Shown here one piece after another: positions 49,171 through 63,128 of a stretch of DNA of 64,000 nt (the stretch's first letter is position 1; every line of letters starts with the position of its first letter). This stretch comes from Hydrolagus affinis. Its lineage: Eukaryota. The stretch covers positions 1 through 64,000 of the forward strand of contig JAAILG010000651.1 in assembly GCA_012026655.1 (NCBI GenBank). Direction: 5' to 3'. The position numbers were made by a program, and so were the translations under genes. The notes beneath the pieces were generated by a model. It worked only from the letters and a program-made list of their open reading frames with translations, was not told the origin of the DNA and did not search any database.

Positions 49171-52100
49171 TTGGGGCTTTACCAGATTTGTCACTTTCTG
49201 GGGTGACCTTGATAGAGAGAATATTGTCCAGATCCTCTGCGTTTTGACTCTTTGTGCCTTTGTTCCAGCTTCACACTCAGTAATTTGACCTACTGAAGGT
49301 TCATAGGTGCACATTGGCCTACTCCATATCACAACACTGACTTAGAATTGACTCTGAATGTCCCAAGAAAGAGACTATTACAGTCTAATTTGGAATGAAT
49401 AAAGGGAAACCAATAAACAAATACATTTCACTATATACTGCAAGATCTGATGGAGGGTGGTTTAAACTGTTTAGTTTCTCAGCTCAGCACGTTGCCAGAT
49501 TAAAAGTCCTGCGTCGCTCAATTGGAGGTTTTAGGTAGAATCTTGGCGCGTCTATTCTGCCCTCTCTGCCCTTTTGAGATCAATAACATGAGTGCCAGGT
49601 TCTGTTTGAACGTAATTGCAGTGATTCTATTTGCCGCATTGCTTCAATAATGACTTGAACCTACAGGAGAAAATAGAGGCTTTTAATTATCCTGAAGATC
49701 TGCTATTTGAAATTCATCTGCGTCGCACCTTCTCAAATTAATTTTTTTGGTGGGGGCTGGGGGGAATGAAGGAAAAGTAATTTTTTTCGTAGGAATTTTA
49801 CCTTGTCTTGCGAAATCTGATGGAAGTCATGTCAAATACGGAATAAGAGCGCTTATGTTGCAACCTGGCATTCTGGCACTTTAAACCGGACTTTCACCTA
49901 CGTTGACCTGGCAGGATTTCACTTCGAGCTAGTTGAGTGCTGGTTGTGGTGCTAATAAAACGCTCTTTTGGTTGCAAAACCCAGAGAAGAATTCCCCTCT
50001 CACCCATTCACCCACACTTTGACATCACGCACCTCAGGAAGTAGAGCTCACTGCTTCAAACACACAATGCTGTGATTCCAGCACACATTATATTCAGTTA
50101 ATAATAATAACAATCCTTTCTCTCACTATTTAGAATCAATCAAGTCAATTTCTCACGTGGAAGACATTCCATTGTGGAAAAATCAACTCGTTCTTATGTC
50201 TCGCGCCCATTGTCTATTCAGTTTTTGCAGTTATGCAACTGGCAAGATGATCAAGAACTTTCCACAGATGGACTGCACTGTTGAGAATGCTCTCGGGCCC
50301 TTTCCTCCAAACCACTTTATTAAATCCATCACTTATTCTCAATCACAACACCAATGACTGTCTATCGTTCAGTTCTTTCATGGTGTCTTTTGTGAAGCAC
50401 AGTGATCCTACCCATCACAAGATTTGTAGTGCAACATATGCTGCCCATCTGGCTTATAGAATTTAGACTTTTTTTGCTAAAAGAGACATTTTCCTGAACT
50501 TTAAAAAGAGTATTTCTGTTACAGCTGATTAATGTTTTTTAAAAAAAATTGGGGGCAGCTTTAAGCCTTCCGGCATTCAGTCTCTTCTGAACTACAGCTT
50601 GCACCTGTTTGCAAAAAGACAAATGCTTGTTTTTGTTCTTTTACATTAAGCTACGGGACATTATGGCACCTTGCACCTCACACTTAAATAAGGACAATTA
50701 GGAATACTTGCCTTCCATTTTAAGCCTCAAGAGAGTGCTCTCTCTAAAAGCCTCTCATTAATACAGCCATGCAGACAATCATGTGTGTAATAAACTGCAG
50801 TTCTGTGAGTGTGAGTGACAGGAGAAGTTCACTATTAAACAAATACAGAATTTGCCTTTGAAAGAACAAAATGTACCCGCGCTTTGCGTTCGAAAATCAG
50901 AGGGTTTTTTTCACAGATGGAGCACGTTATTTTCATGTAATTAAATCCACAAACATGATTTTATTTTCCTGCCCTGCCTCTACCCAATTTACCCAACCGT
51001 GGATTTACACCATACATTGAAGATGAACCAAAATAGTATAGTACAGTAATATTTGATGTCAATGAGTTTGAGATGGAAACACTGATCCATTCTCTTCCCA
51101 TGTTTAAAAATTACCCATGTCATTATACAGAGGAAATTTAACAATTCAGTCTTGGTCATAAAGCTATACATTATTCAGTATAACATCTGCGACTGCCCTG
51201 TCCTCACCAAACACCCCAAACATTTCAGCAGAGTTTACTGAATATAGATCAGGTGAGGGCGGTTTCTTCCTCTCCCAAACCAGTGTAAGCAAGAAACACA
51301 GAGCAACACCACATCTGCAAAATAAAAATCTTGCTTCGAGATGTTTATAGTTTACGTGTAACACTTGTATTTTTGTTAGCTGCAAAGACCCATCATGTAG
51401 AGTGCATTCTCTAAAGACCTGCCTTTCAGCTGTATTTCTTTCTCGTTTAGGATTCGAATGGTGTGAGGTTTTTAAATCTACTCATTAGGATGCCAGCAGT
51501 GACGATCATTGTGAATCTAAAATGTGTCATGTTGGAAAGCAGGAGATTGTGTGACATGTCTTTGTCTGCAGCCACTGTTAGAGTTCAATCCTCACTGTTG
51601 AGACAGCTGCAGAGAAAGGGGCGCAGAAGACACTTACTTAAACAGAAAGTGCTAACTGAGAAACTCACAAGCATTAATTTCCCAAATTCATGCTCAGTGA
51701 TCATTGTACAGTGAATATGCAATTTTTATCGGGTGGGCCTTTTTCCACCCCAGTGTAGTCATTAAAAGGATGAAACACCAAAAATTCCCCCGTCTACATT
51801 CCCGGTGCAGATTCCCAATTCATCCAAATTGTGAATCAATGGACATCCCGGAAGAGAATACATTTGATAGCGAATGCCTCTTCTGTTGCATATTGCTTTA
51901 ATGACATAAGTGGCAATTGAATATGGAGGATGCAAGTATAAAAGGTTTCTGGGAAGAGTGATTTGCAGATTTTTAAAAAGATTGATTTGTAGAGATCGAA
52001 TAAAAGATTGTGTGTATATACATTGTGTTTGGGATTAAATAACATTACAGCCTCAGGCCATTGCCACAATCCTTCCAGAAGCCAGGGTTAGCATAGAGGT

Positions 52101-53469
52101 CTGGAACCAGCGGTTGCCACTCACAGGTTCTAACTACTCAAAAAAAAATGCAACATTTCATTTTGGATCAGACTCGCCTCATGTTAGTTTGATGTGTGGC
52201 TCCGAGCCACAGCCAGTCCTACTCAGTTAACTGATGTATCTCTGCACTGAAAGCCTAAATGGATCCAAACTTCAGTGGCACTCAGGCACCATAACTCACC
52301 AACTCTTGGCAACTCATTACAACTTTCAACAGCGACTGAGCAAAAACTTAGTTTTAGATATAGCTGCTTCCTGCGGACCCATGGAGTATTTTCCTGCTGC
52401 TGTTCTGCAGGCCATGCATGGTCAACGCTACAAAAAACAGACTCCTAATATCAAGTGCTCAAGTATAATTTGGAGGAAAAGCTAGACTTGCCATTGAAAT
52501 TAAGAACAGAGGGAAGGAATCTCGTTGTTGTAGTGTACAAGTTGAGTGATGCCGTTTGGAAGTATGTTATGGTCTGTAAGTGAAACCTCCAGAAAGCCAG
52601 GGTCCACTTGTTTTTTTTTCGTCATTAGAGGGAATGAAGCTAATGAATATGAAGCAATATCACTATCGCATTTCAGAAGGAATATTAATGCCTTCTTTTT
52701 GGAATTGATCTTTAAATTTGTGAATCGCTCTTTGTTCTGTCCCAGACATTTCAATCTAATGACCTCAGAAAGACTCCTGGCACCAATTTTAAAGCAGTAA
52801 CCTTGCTGGCTGTGGGGGTTGTGGGGAGGGGGGGGGCGGGCGGGGGAAGGGGATGGAGAGAGGGTGTCAAACATTGCTAGAGCAAGGCTTCTTTTGGGCT
52901 ACAGTTCTGAAATCACCACACTGGAGCTCTTATGTCCAGCATGCTGTAAACTTCAAGAGATTACTTCATTTAATTTTGGCTCCTTTTTCCCTCAAGAGCA
53001 GCTCTATGTGGTCACAGCTTTCACACATCTTTCATTTAGCACACTTAACATGCTCACATTGGACTATTGGCATGGAGAGAGAGAGAGAAAAAAGTACCTT
53101 CATAAGCATTAATCTAAATGTTACAGTTACTAACTAGATGCTGACTTGCAAAATCTAAATTTTATTCCTCCAAAGAACTACAGTATACTTAAATTTATGT
53201 CAGCAATTCAATATCCCACATTGGTTAACCAAACCGTAGTGATTAAATATTTAATCTTGCCAAATACTCAGAGCAGTTTTGAGCTGTTCTTGAAACTGGC
53301 TCAAGCAAATCTATTAAATTCCCAATGTGAGTTTTTCTCAGCTGCATTTTCACAGTCAGAGTACAGCAATAACATCCTCCATTATTTTTATGCTTTATTT
53401 GTGCCAGAGCCTTGAAGGCTCTTATTTATAATGAGCTGCTGCAGAGATCGGAGAAATCCCCCAAAAATT

Positions 53470-53640
53470 TGTTTGTTGGACGCTGCTGTGTACAATTGGC
53501 TGCCATGTTTCATCCACAAAATACACAGCCAAACCACTTCACAGTATATTTTGTGAAGAGCTTTAGGACGTCTCAACGATGTGATGAGGGGCTATTGCAA
53601 ACACAAGGATTATTAATAATATTATTATCATTATTATTAA
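53470..53640 (+). mobile_element. Diverged SINE 3' half
   Basis: gctgctgtgtacaattggctgcc...gtgaagagctttaggacgtc...aaggattatta. Confidence 0.78.
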
Positions 53641-56600
53641 TATTGCACAGTAATTTATATATACAGTAGTATGTTAGGATTCCAGCGATCAGAATTTGGA
53701 TGACAACAATCACAAATTTAGCTGTGACAATCATGACAATGAGGCAACATTTTAACCAGTTTGTTTTCAGTAACTGAATTGCATTTTTCAAACTACATTT
53801 CCCCTGCAATACAAATTGTAAAGAATGATGCATAATTTGGTTTGGAGCGTGTGTTAAAATGTAACGTTCAACGGGCCCACGTTTAAAATGATCCAGAACT
53901 TTAAAATTTCCAATACAATATATTCCGCTTCTTCGAGTCTGTGCTCAAGAAAGCTGGTTAGATTCACAGAAGGTTTACAGCTGTAACGAGCATCTCTTCT
54001 TCCATTTTTCTCCTGTTCTCCCCTGAAACACCATTGCAATATCCATTTGGTGTAGTTCGAATTGGATAGTGAACTCAGTGGGGTGAAAGTTACATTCGCA
54101 CCCACTGCACTCCACTGATCCAGCAAACAGCTACAGGGCACGATCCCTACCAAGGATTCCTACTCAAAAATTGTGCGGAATAGTTTACTGAACATGTTTT
54201 GATACTGCGCAACCCAACGCATCAAAAAGAAACAGAATGGTAATAAAACAGGCATTACAAAAAAAAGCCTGGGAAAGTCATCTTTGTAAAATAAATGAAA
54301 AATTGCATTGCCTTTCCGAAAATATCCTAGAACATAGCTATCCTGCCATGATTGGAAGAAGACGTTCTAACTCAATGAAAGCTTGTACTTTGCAGCAATA
54401 GTGATTTTGCACTTTACGAACAGGAAGATATGATAGCTTTGGTGAGCTGCCAGGCACTTGAATATCATCCCATGTGGGACCACTGAAACTAAAGAAAGCC
54501 AAATAGAATTTGCAGCTTCTGTAACTGTCAAAGCTATTTCTGCTGCACTCCTGAAATCTGAATTTACAACGGTTTAGCAGAATAGGCGCACTCTGCCGTT
54601 TAGTTATGATACATCCAATAAACGTCCGTATTGCAATTGTCCTGTGGCTTCTATTTCATTGTGGTTATACTGCAGAATAGTTGGCTTTCATTTTACTTAA
54701 CGTTTTTTGTTGGATCTCCCTGGATAGCATTTAAAGGCATCTTCCGGCTAAGCCAAGCAATGTAAAGTGATGGAGCAGGCACTTGGCAACGAATACTTGC
54801 AGGTCAACTCCCAAGGTTCCCAGGCTGCGGAATCTGCCTGCTACTGTTCGGATGAGTTTTAGTATTTCTCTACCGGCCGGACTGCTTTTGTGGGGAAGGG
54901 GGAAAGGTTAGATGCAGTCTCCCACAAACAGTACACATACAATGCGTGCCTGGCGTCTCAATTGTCGAGACAATTGAACGAGTCGTGATGAGGTTTGCAG
55001 TTTGAATCACTCGAGCATCTTTTTCCGGATGGAAGCTGAATGGTGGGATAGCAGCGATGGGGAGTTTGGGAGAAGAGTGTGTGTGGGGAGGAAGAATAGA
55101 GAAACAGAAAGGAGAATCATCTGGGATTGAAAATCAAATAGAGTCACCATTCTTCCTTATGGCTGGAGCCTTAATAGGAAGCTCAGTGAAGATTACCGAC
55201 TGGTTTCCTTGCATATTTTGAATAATTCCTCAAATTTAATTAAAGTTCAGTTGCAGTGTTTCAGCTACATTGAAAACTACACTGCGTGAATATGCACGTC
55301 ACTTTCCATTACAGAAAGAAGCTGCTTTATATGAGAGTGTTCGTGATTGCAAAAAAAAATCATGGAAGTGTAGAAAGACTTTGGCAACTGTTTGCTTTAC
55401 AAGATAAATTAACATATCCAACTACTGTAATATATTTTACTCAGAGGCACAATGGAGAATTTAAATCATAATTTATGGACAAAAGCATAAAAAACAGGCT
55501 CCGCGAGGAGGATATGGTTTGTTTCGTAGATAACTTGTAAAGATGGGTTGCAGGCAGGTTAGCAGATGGAAAAGCAGTTCCAAGTCTATTCAGAACGTTT
55601 CTGCCAGGGATCTCTAGTCAGCTTACTATAGCTCAGCTTTAGGATACAGTAAGTACATTTCACATAGAAGTCCTCGCTGATGGGTTTCAGCAAGTATCTC
55701 TGCTACGGAAGTTGGATTGCTGAGGAATTAATAGTAAGGACCGATAAGAGTAGACAGATTCAATAAGAGAGTTTGTGACAACACGATAGGTCAAATGGCC
55801 TCTGCTCTGTAAATTGTTTATGATTATAGTAACAGATTTGTTCTCAAGGCTTAAATAGGCTAATCAGTTGAAAGAAATGAAGCTGTGCTGATCTCCCCTC
55901 CCCCTACTCTATACTGTGCAAAATCCTAAAAAAATTGGGAAAGAAAATCTTTTAGAACTAAAACAAACTGTATAGTATGCAACGCACTCTTCCTTTATGG
56001 GATCTAATGAAATCCTGTCAAACAAACTTTCAATCACACTGTGGGGAGTTTATTTTGGTAAATGGAAGGCCCTCATGATTTCATGAATAGAAGGCCTCTA
56101 GTTGAATCCGAGCCAATTCTGCTCCAAACCCAAACTCCGCAACTGCCGTTCATTCCTTCAGTGCAGTGACAAAGCGAATGCCTGGCTCGAAGCCACATTT
56201 CTATTTCCCCAATGAAAACAACCAGCCTTGCCTGAGGCCAAACCCATCAAAGCTTGGCTCAGTTCTGCCAAGCCATTCAAGTCCAGGTAAGGTCCTAGAC
56301 TGTGAGCCAGTTTTGTCTCTTGCCCCAAACTGCTGCTCTGCAGTTTGCCACCCAAGATCAACTCCGTTGACCAGCCGTCCACACCACCAGTGACTGAGTT
56401 GTCAGTTTCTCATCACTTGAGAGCGGTGTTTTCCCAAATCTATGGCACTGCATCAAGGGTAGAGTCAGGTGACAGGAAGGGAGCGTTCAACTGAGAAAGC
56501 ATTCCTTGGGTGTCGAATAAGAAATGTTCCGAAACGTGTTGGAATACTTTGCTCTAAAATGCAGAAATTCCGGCCTCAATTGCCGTGCACCAAAGGAAAC

Positions 56601-57995
56601 AGCTGCCTAAGTATCTTCATTACAAACTCTTAAGGGTCCAAAGAGGAAACATTTCATGAAAATTAGAAATATTTGAATACAAAACCTCTTATACATTCTC
56701 TTTCCCCACCACCACCCCCACCCATCGAAAAATAAGTAAAGGAAGATTTACAAATGTTATTGAGAATTTAGCTTTCCGTTTCACTTTTCTCTTCAGTGCG
56801 AATAAGAAAGTGCCAACTGCCAAGTGTTCCATTTGTCAGATTACCACCAGTTTGAGAAGTTAAAACGTGTCCAAACTGGCCCACTGGAACTTGTCTTAAA
56901 TGACTAACGGATGCCTTAACTCATAGAGAGGAAATGGATCAACTCTGGGCTACATATGAACCTGTGCCTCATCTGGAGGGGAAAGTAAAAGAGACAAAAA
57001 CTAAATAAAATGACCTCAGCCTCTATGGTAATTAATACCAACTCAAGAGTTGAAAGTCATTTCAATTCCATAGAAATACATCAACCTTCAATCCCATGCT
57101 GCAACAATCATGAACAGGAAATGTTGCTATATATATATATATCTACTGTATATTCCTCCCTATTATACACATTCCTCTTGCATATTCATTGCAAATTTCC
57201 TTTTATAGGGCTGCAGGTTCCATTACTAGTTGCGTCGATTACAGAGCAGTTTGTGCATCATGATCCTTGCAAGGGTTTCTTTAGAAATGGCAGCCTAGTA
57301 CAGTACTGTGTGCTTGTTGTATCAAGACACACAGCACCTCTGCGCCCTTAATCACATCAAATGCAATGGTGAGCATTGCATTTCCTGCTCTCAGGGTTTT
57401 TAAGATGAAGGTTAGGTTTGCAGTCAGTGCATGTTAGAGACTAACAGATCATTCCCATATGTCATGCGAGCTCTTCATATGACATTTTAACACTGTGAGC
57501 ACGGCACACATCTACCGTGATATTACGAATTAAAATCAGTCAGATGATAACTAAATGAAGGCTGAAGGACACTGGAGTTCATGTGAACTCTTTCCTATTT
57601 CTGCCACGTAAACATAGCGTTACGCTTTTCCTGATCTTCCTAATGTAAATGCTATAAATCTCCAGGCGAGAAAGTGAAGCAACGTGATCCACTGCCATGT
57701 CCCTGTCTTGCTCACAAATGACTTAGGGGTGGAATTTGAATGAGATGATATATAGTGCATTGGAAGTTCATAAGCCAGGCTTTTCTGCAGCAGCCCATGA
57801 ACTTTTGAAACTCATTTCACTTCTGATGGAATCTGCTGGAACTATCAGCTTTGTTTCAAAGGTTTAGTTCAAGGGATGGAATAGGCAAGTTAGTCACTTT
57901 TACTGTTAACCTCAAGCTTTTGGTTCTCAGCTGCAACACAATTGGATTGAAAATGTAAAGCCACATTAAGATTAAACAGCAGGTAAATCTGAGGC

Positions 57996-58294
57996 AATAA
58001 TAATAACAATAATAATAATCCTTGCATTTGATATACAGCTTTTCACATCTTCTAGACGTCTCAAAGCGCTTCAGAATATACTGTAAAGTGAATTGACTGT
58101 ATATTTGTGGGCGAATCGTGGCAGCCAATTGCACACAGCAGTGTCCCACAAAAAGTGGTGGATTGAAAATGACCAATTTTATTATTGTGGTTTTTTTTGG
58201 AGGGATTATTATTAGGCGTGTGGATAAGGAAACTTGCCCAAGGTTTCACCCTGACCTGCCTGGATTCAAACAAAGGCGACTGAGCTATAGGACT
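57996..58294 (-). mobile_element. Near full-length SINE with deletion in the tRNA head
   Basis: (aat)n ccttgcatttg...aaacttgcccaaggtttcaccctgacctgcctggattcaaac..ctgagctatagga. Confidence 0.9.
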
Positions 58295-59119
58295 AAATGT
58301 TGAATGTAGTGCTTACCTGGGCTTGAAACATTTCTAAAATTGAGGGAAAAATACTGTTAAAGAAACTTGGATTTAAAAAAAACATGTTTTGGACTTTTGT
58401 TTAAAAAGAAATGTGAAAGATTTACTGGAGCCCTTAGGGATTGAAAATCAAATAACTTTACCATGAAATACAATCTAAAGTCATTCGAAAGAGGTTAAGC
58501 ATTGGATATTCTAACAAATGTGCATTTTTCCCCGTGAGCTTCTGGGGACTATTCATTCTGACCACCATCTGAACTGCAACAAACGAGGTTAGAAGAAAAC
58601 AGCATTACGTAAGAGTTCTGCTGATTTCACATTAGCCTTAACCTTCGACTTGCAAATTTGAGAGAATACTTCACTTGAAACCAGCTGATATTCATTGCGA
58701 TAAAGCTGTGCCTTGTGACCAGTTCATGTCCAGAAGATGAGTCAGAAATCATAGCATTCGAGCTATTTGCCCAAGTTTTTAACTAGTGGGGATATACCGT
58801 AGTAGGAATCAGTTTAGTTAAACCATGTGAAGAGAAGCTTTGAAAAATTAAATCCAACAATAAATACATTGTACTGTGTGCCCTGGTACTATTGGTTTAA
58901 TAGAAAAAAATAATGTTTTAATATAAAACCCTCAGCAACAAATCAAGATAGGTACTGTATAATCCTTGATAATTCCATCATTTAGTGGGTTAATTGCTCC
59001 ATTACGATCCTAGACATTATTGGTCCATTAAGTTTACCACAGGAAGTGGCCCGCCTGTCTCAGTTTATCTCATTATTCCCAGGATTGGCATGTTGATGTA
59101 AGGGATTGAACTCAAAGAT

Positions 59120-60030
59120 CTCAATACAATTGTCTCTTAAATGCCCAAGAGGAATCGCATATGGTGTCCATAGCTTTAAAACCAGAATATTGCATGTTGT
59201 CTACTGGGTGAGGTTTGCTAACGCTTGTCTCACATCAGCATCCATTTTCCCCCCTCCTACCACAGAACGAGAAATATTCCCATTTTACCCAATTCAGAGC
59301 TCAAGTTCTCTTGTCTCCATTCTGCTCAACTCATCCACTTGATCCTCACATTCCTCTGTACTCTCTTCCAAGCTACTGTTGATCTTTTTATAATGGGCCA
59401 ATCATTACCATATTCAAAGTACTGTAGGTAAGTCTGGACAGTTCATTTTGTAGCTTTGTATAATCCGTGAAGATTTACTCTTGTCATTCTGGCTATATCC
59501 ATTTCGCTTTCATCGTGTTTCAATGTGTTTCATCACATTGCCCAACATCGAAACTGCCTACTATAACTTCCTTTCTGGGTCTCGCTATGATAGCGTCTGT
59601 CCCAATGGTTTTCTTAGAATGCACCACCGTGGAGGAATGTTTAATAACTCAAATTAATTTTTACTATGGTTTGCCCAGTCGCATGCAGTTCTAAATCTTT
59701 CTGCAACTCCTTTGCCTCCACCACTCTCCGTATTGAAGTGCCATTGGCATTTTCAACAAGCTTGTATTTAGAATTAATTTCCAGATCATTATTGTAAGAT
59801 TAGAAACAGAGGTACAAGTACTTCAGTACTGCACAGACCATTTCCACATTATTCCCATCATAAGTACTCTACGCTTCCTATTTAATCAACGTCTTGTGCT
59901 CTGCCCTGGATTCCTGTGGGGTTTTAGTTTCAATCAGATGGAAATTATTCAAAGCTGCTGAAAAATCCAAGGGAACTAACTACATCATGGTATAATACAC
60001 GCAGCTTCCCTGAAGAAATCAAGGAACCTT
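59120..60030 (-). mobile_element. Highly decayed CR1/L3 reverse-transcriptase fragment
   Basis: Minus strand shows degenerate LDF..AF (about 59950-59972) and LFLI..NDLE..KL (about 59760-59810) motifs in CR1 ORF2 order, with frameshifts. Confidence 0.5.
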
Positions 60031-60157
60031 AAATGAAGGTTGGCTGTTTCTTATTAAATTAGTATTGTACAGGTTCATCTTCAGCCAACTCTCGAGAATA
60101 GTAATCGTTGATATGGAACTGCAGTCAACAAAAGTAATCAAACAGTAGGTTTCACCT

Positions 60158-60340
60158 TGAGGGTATTGGACTATAAATCAAACAAAGTTATTTGAATCCC
60201 GCATTGAGATCTTGTCAAAGCCACATTTGGAATAATGTGGGCTGCTTTGGTCGCCATGTCTTGAAATAGACCAGGAATTATTGGAACGGATTCACAGGAA
60301 GAATTACAAGAACAATTCCAGGAACTCAGAAGTTCAAGCT
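60158..60340 (+). mobile_element. Decayed CR1 ORF2 C-terminal fragment
   Basis: Translates LVKPHLE*CGLLWSPCLEIDQELLERIH/RRITRTIPG, matching CR1 LVRPHLEYC..FWSP...LERVQRR.T..IPG. Confidence 0.8.
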
Positions 60341-61342
60341 TAGAGAAATGGACATCCGAATGTCCACTTCACATATTTAGCACCTTCCGCAATAACGCAA
60401 TTAAATTTGAACACTTTGCTTACCTTCCCTCTCCTGAGCTTGTGTTATTTGCCTCTAGTTTGTAGAATTTGTTAAATATATTTGGGGGGATTTTGTGGAT
60501 CTTATCCCTTTGGGAACTTATCCTGATCCACATAGATAGATGCCTCTACATTTAGTCACCCTCTTTCCGGCCTCACTTACACATCGTTTATGTACGATGT
60601 AAATAGTATCAGCCCCAAGGCACCCGACTAATTGTCCTATTCCATGTGATACAGCACCGTGTACCACTGCCTTCCCATGACTCATCCCATTTCCCATCCA
60701 TTTCAGCAACGTCTCCTGTCATTTTGTCTCTTCCAGCCATTAGAACCCACATTGTGTCAAAACCTGTGCTGTATCATTGTCAATTCAGATCATTTGTGAA
60801 AGAGGTATTATAAATGAACATGGGAACGTAGGGTTCTCGTGAGATAAGTGAAAGAGATACAACTATTAAGACACTCCAGGACAACGATGACATTTCATAA
60901 TATTTCAGGATTGTCATAGGAATACTTAAAGGATGTTTCACTTTAACATTAAATGAAAACTTAAACTTCCCTCAGCTTTGCAAAGAGTAAGAAGCAATCA
61001 CATGATGCCCTTTCACACTGAATGATAAATGCAACCGTTGGTGCTTTAAGGCTTAAAACATGGGCCTGACTGTGAGCAAGAAGCTCCTGTTACGAGCAAG
61101 TCACACAGTCCACAAGAAGATCAGTGTAGTCAACCTACAAAGCAGACAAAATATTTGGAATGTCCTGTCATCCTCAGGAAGTGGCAACGGCAAGAGTAGC
61201 TTTTACAACCAGTAACATGTTTAGTTATTATTGAAAGGTTATAAAAAGGTATTTGAAAGTCACAGAAAAATATGAATTGGAATGCATTCAAGCGGTATTC
61301 ACTGAACTGTCATTGATATCTCTTCCTCTTCCTCTTCCTCAG

Positions 61343-61489
61343 GTGTGCTTTCCCTGCCAGCTCACTTCAGTTTATACAATGATGGATTGTCAACCAAGGA
61401 CGGCCGCGCAGACGCTTACGCTCAACTGGAGCTTCGGACCCTGGAACAGTCTTTGCTAGCAACCTGTGTGGGCAGCATTTCTGAATTGA
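61343..61489 (+). CDS. ABTB2: ABTB2 coding exon 3 (147 nt, phase 1-1)
   Basis: Pyrimidine tract of CTCTTC units, then AG at 61341-61342. Reads (G)[14 protein letters not shown]...[28 protein letters not shown] in frame with exon 2. Donor A|GTGAGT at 61489/61490. Confidence 0.95.
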
Positions 61490-62471
61490 GTGAGTTAACC
61501 ATTTGTGAATGTCTTCCCTACTTTCCTTTGGCAGGTCTCAAAATGTTTGTTGTAACAAGCGTCCCGGGATAACTCAGTCAATGATCTGAACTTTGGACCA
61601 GAAGGTTCTGGATTTAAATCTATGCAGGTCACCCACCCTGTACATCATCCTTTCAAGATCATTAACGTGAAGAAAATATTCCTGTTAAAATATTCCTGTT
61701 TCTCGTTGTGTGAAGACACAAAATGTTGGAGTTGCGGGGGGATTGATACTGGAAAAGAACTAGTTTTGGGATCAGGAATTCTTGCAGTTATCTAAGGCAT
61801 TATAGATCTCTAGCTCATCAATGAGGCCATGGAGCCATGTCTTCAAACTTCCAAGCTAAAGCCTCACTGGGCAAGGTAATCATTGGATGAATAAGTATAA
61901 GTATGATGAAACGTGCCTTCAACTTGTAAACTGAGTTAAGTTAACCTTATTAATTGTAAGTGAATGCTTCTGAGTTAATCGCTCTTGCAGCTTGTGGTAG
62001 CCAAGAGCAGTGGGATCTTCTCCTTCCCATCACACCTATTCCTACTTAATCCACTTATGTTCTTCTAAGCTTTGAATGTGGCAAAAATCCAGTCTAATGG
62101 TTCAAAAGCAATTGAAGACATCTCACATTACCCTTCACCAAATCCACAGCTTTAATTGATCAACAAAGTCTTAGAGTGAGTGGCATGGTGTGGGTTTTCA
62201 AATATCTATGCAGCTATCAATTTGGCTGGAGTCTCCTCATTACTTTGGGGATATTTTTTTCCCCACTGACTCTTCTGCCAGCAGAAAACTAGAGTGTCTG
62301 TGAGACTCGGCTGCAAATAAAATAGCTTATTTTGTCCGACTTGGATGTTTTTTATTCATGAAGCTGTTTATTAAAAAGACACATACACGCCTGCACCGAT
62401 ACAGAACGCAAATAATATATGCCTTCCAAATGTTTGTCTAACATTCAGATTCCAGGCAGACGCTTGTATTT

Positions 62472-62598
62472 GTGTTTTGCCCACAAATATACAGTCAATG
62501 CACAGTCAATGCACTTTACAGTATATTCTGTGAAGTGCTTTGAGACGTCTAGAAGACGTGAAAAGCGCTATATCAAATGCAAGGATTATTATTATTAT
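62472..62598 (+). mobile_element. SINE 3' fragment
   Basis: gcccacaaatatacagtcaat...gagacgtctagaagacgtgaaaagcgctatatcaaatgcaagg(att)n. Confidence 0.9.
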
Positions 62599-63083
62599 AT
62601 TAATCATAGTACCTGTTTTTCAGAATCAGTTGGCTGTGGTATTCTTGGCTAGAAAGCAGATATTTCTACAGTTTAAGTGCTGTGAGAAGCTACAGCTTAT
62701 AACAGTTCTTTTTTGTTTTGATGTACTGTACTAGACATAAGGCAGGTTTTCTACAACTGCCCAGTCCCGTGAATGGAATTCACTGTGCAAGTTTAGGGTA
62801 TAAGGCGTCTCTTTTAAAAAAGACGAGATTCATCGGCCCGTCCTACGCAGGCATTGTTACAAACAGCAGCAGAGAGTGGCACAGTGCTGGACCATGTCAG
62901 AGATTAAACCTTTCTGTGCCACTAAAGGCAGCGCTGACTGGGTAGAGCTGCCTCATTCATTATGGCTTCAAATTAAAAAGGGGAAATATTTGGTAATGAA
63001 AGTTCTTCCCAGCCACAGACTTGCCTCCTCCCTCAATACAGCTGTCCCTTTCAAACTACATTCTCTTGATACACCGCCAATGC

Positions 63084-63092
63084 ATACACACA

Positions 63093-63128
<36 letters not shown>
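63084..63128. repeat. Compound (CA)n(CT)n(CA)n microsatellite
   Basis: Seen directly. Other simple repeats: (TA)n about 1651-1672, (TG)n about 6083-6108. Confidence 0.9.

Larger units (their letters stand above)
4117..61342 (+). other. ABTB2: ABTB2 intron 2 (about 57 kb as assembled; true length uncertain because of two gaps)
   Basis: GTAAGC donor and pyrimidine-tract AG acceptor. Joining gives KNANGVLSLPA with no ABTB2 residues missing relative to the recalled protein. Confidence 0.9.

Noticed and set aside
57359-57383. Short perfect hairpins (aaatgcaatg-gtgag-cattgcattt; also tcaattgtc-ga-gacaattga at about 54958-54977)
   Set aside because: Stems of 9-10 bp are plausible by chance in 64 kb of AT-rich DNA and have no other support.
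1097-62598. Recurring conserved repeat as a CRISPR-like array
   Set aside because: Dispersed, both orientations, variable truncation, eukaryotic context: these are SINEs.
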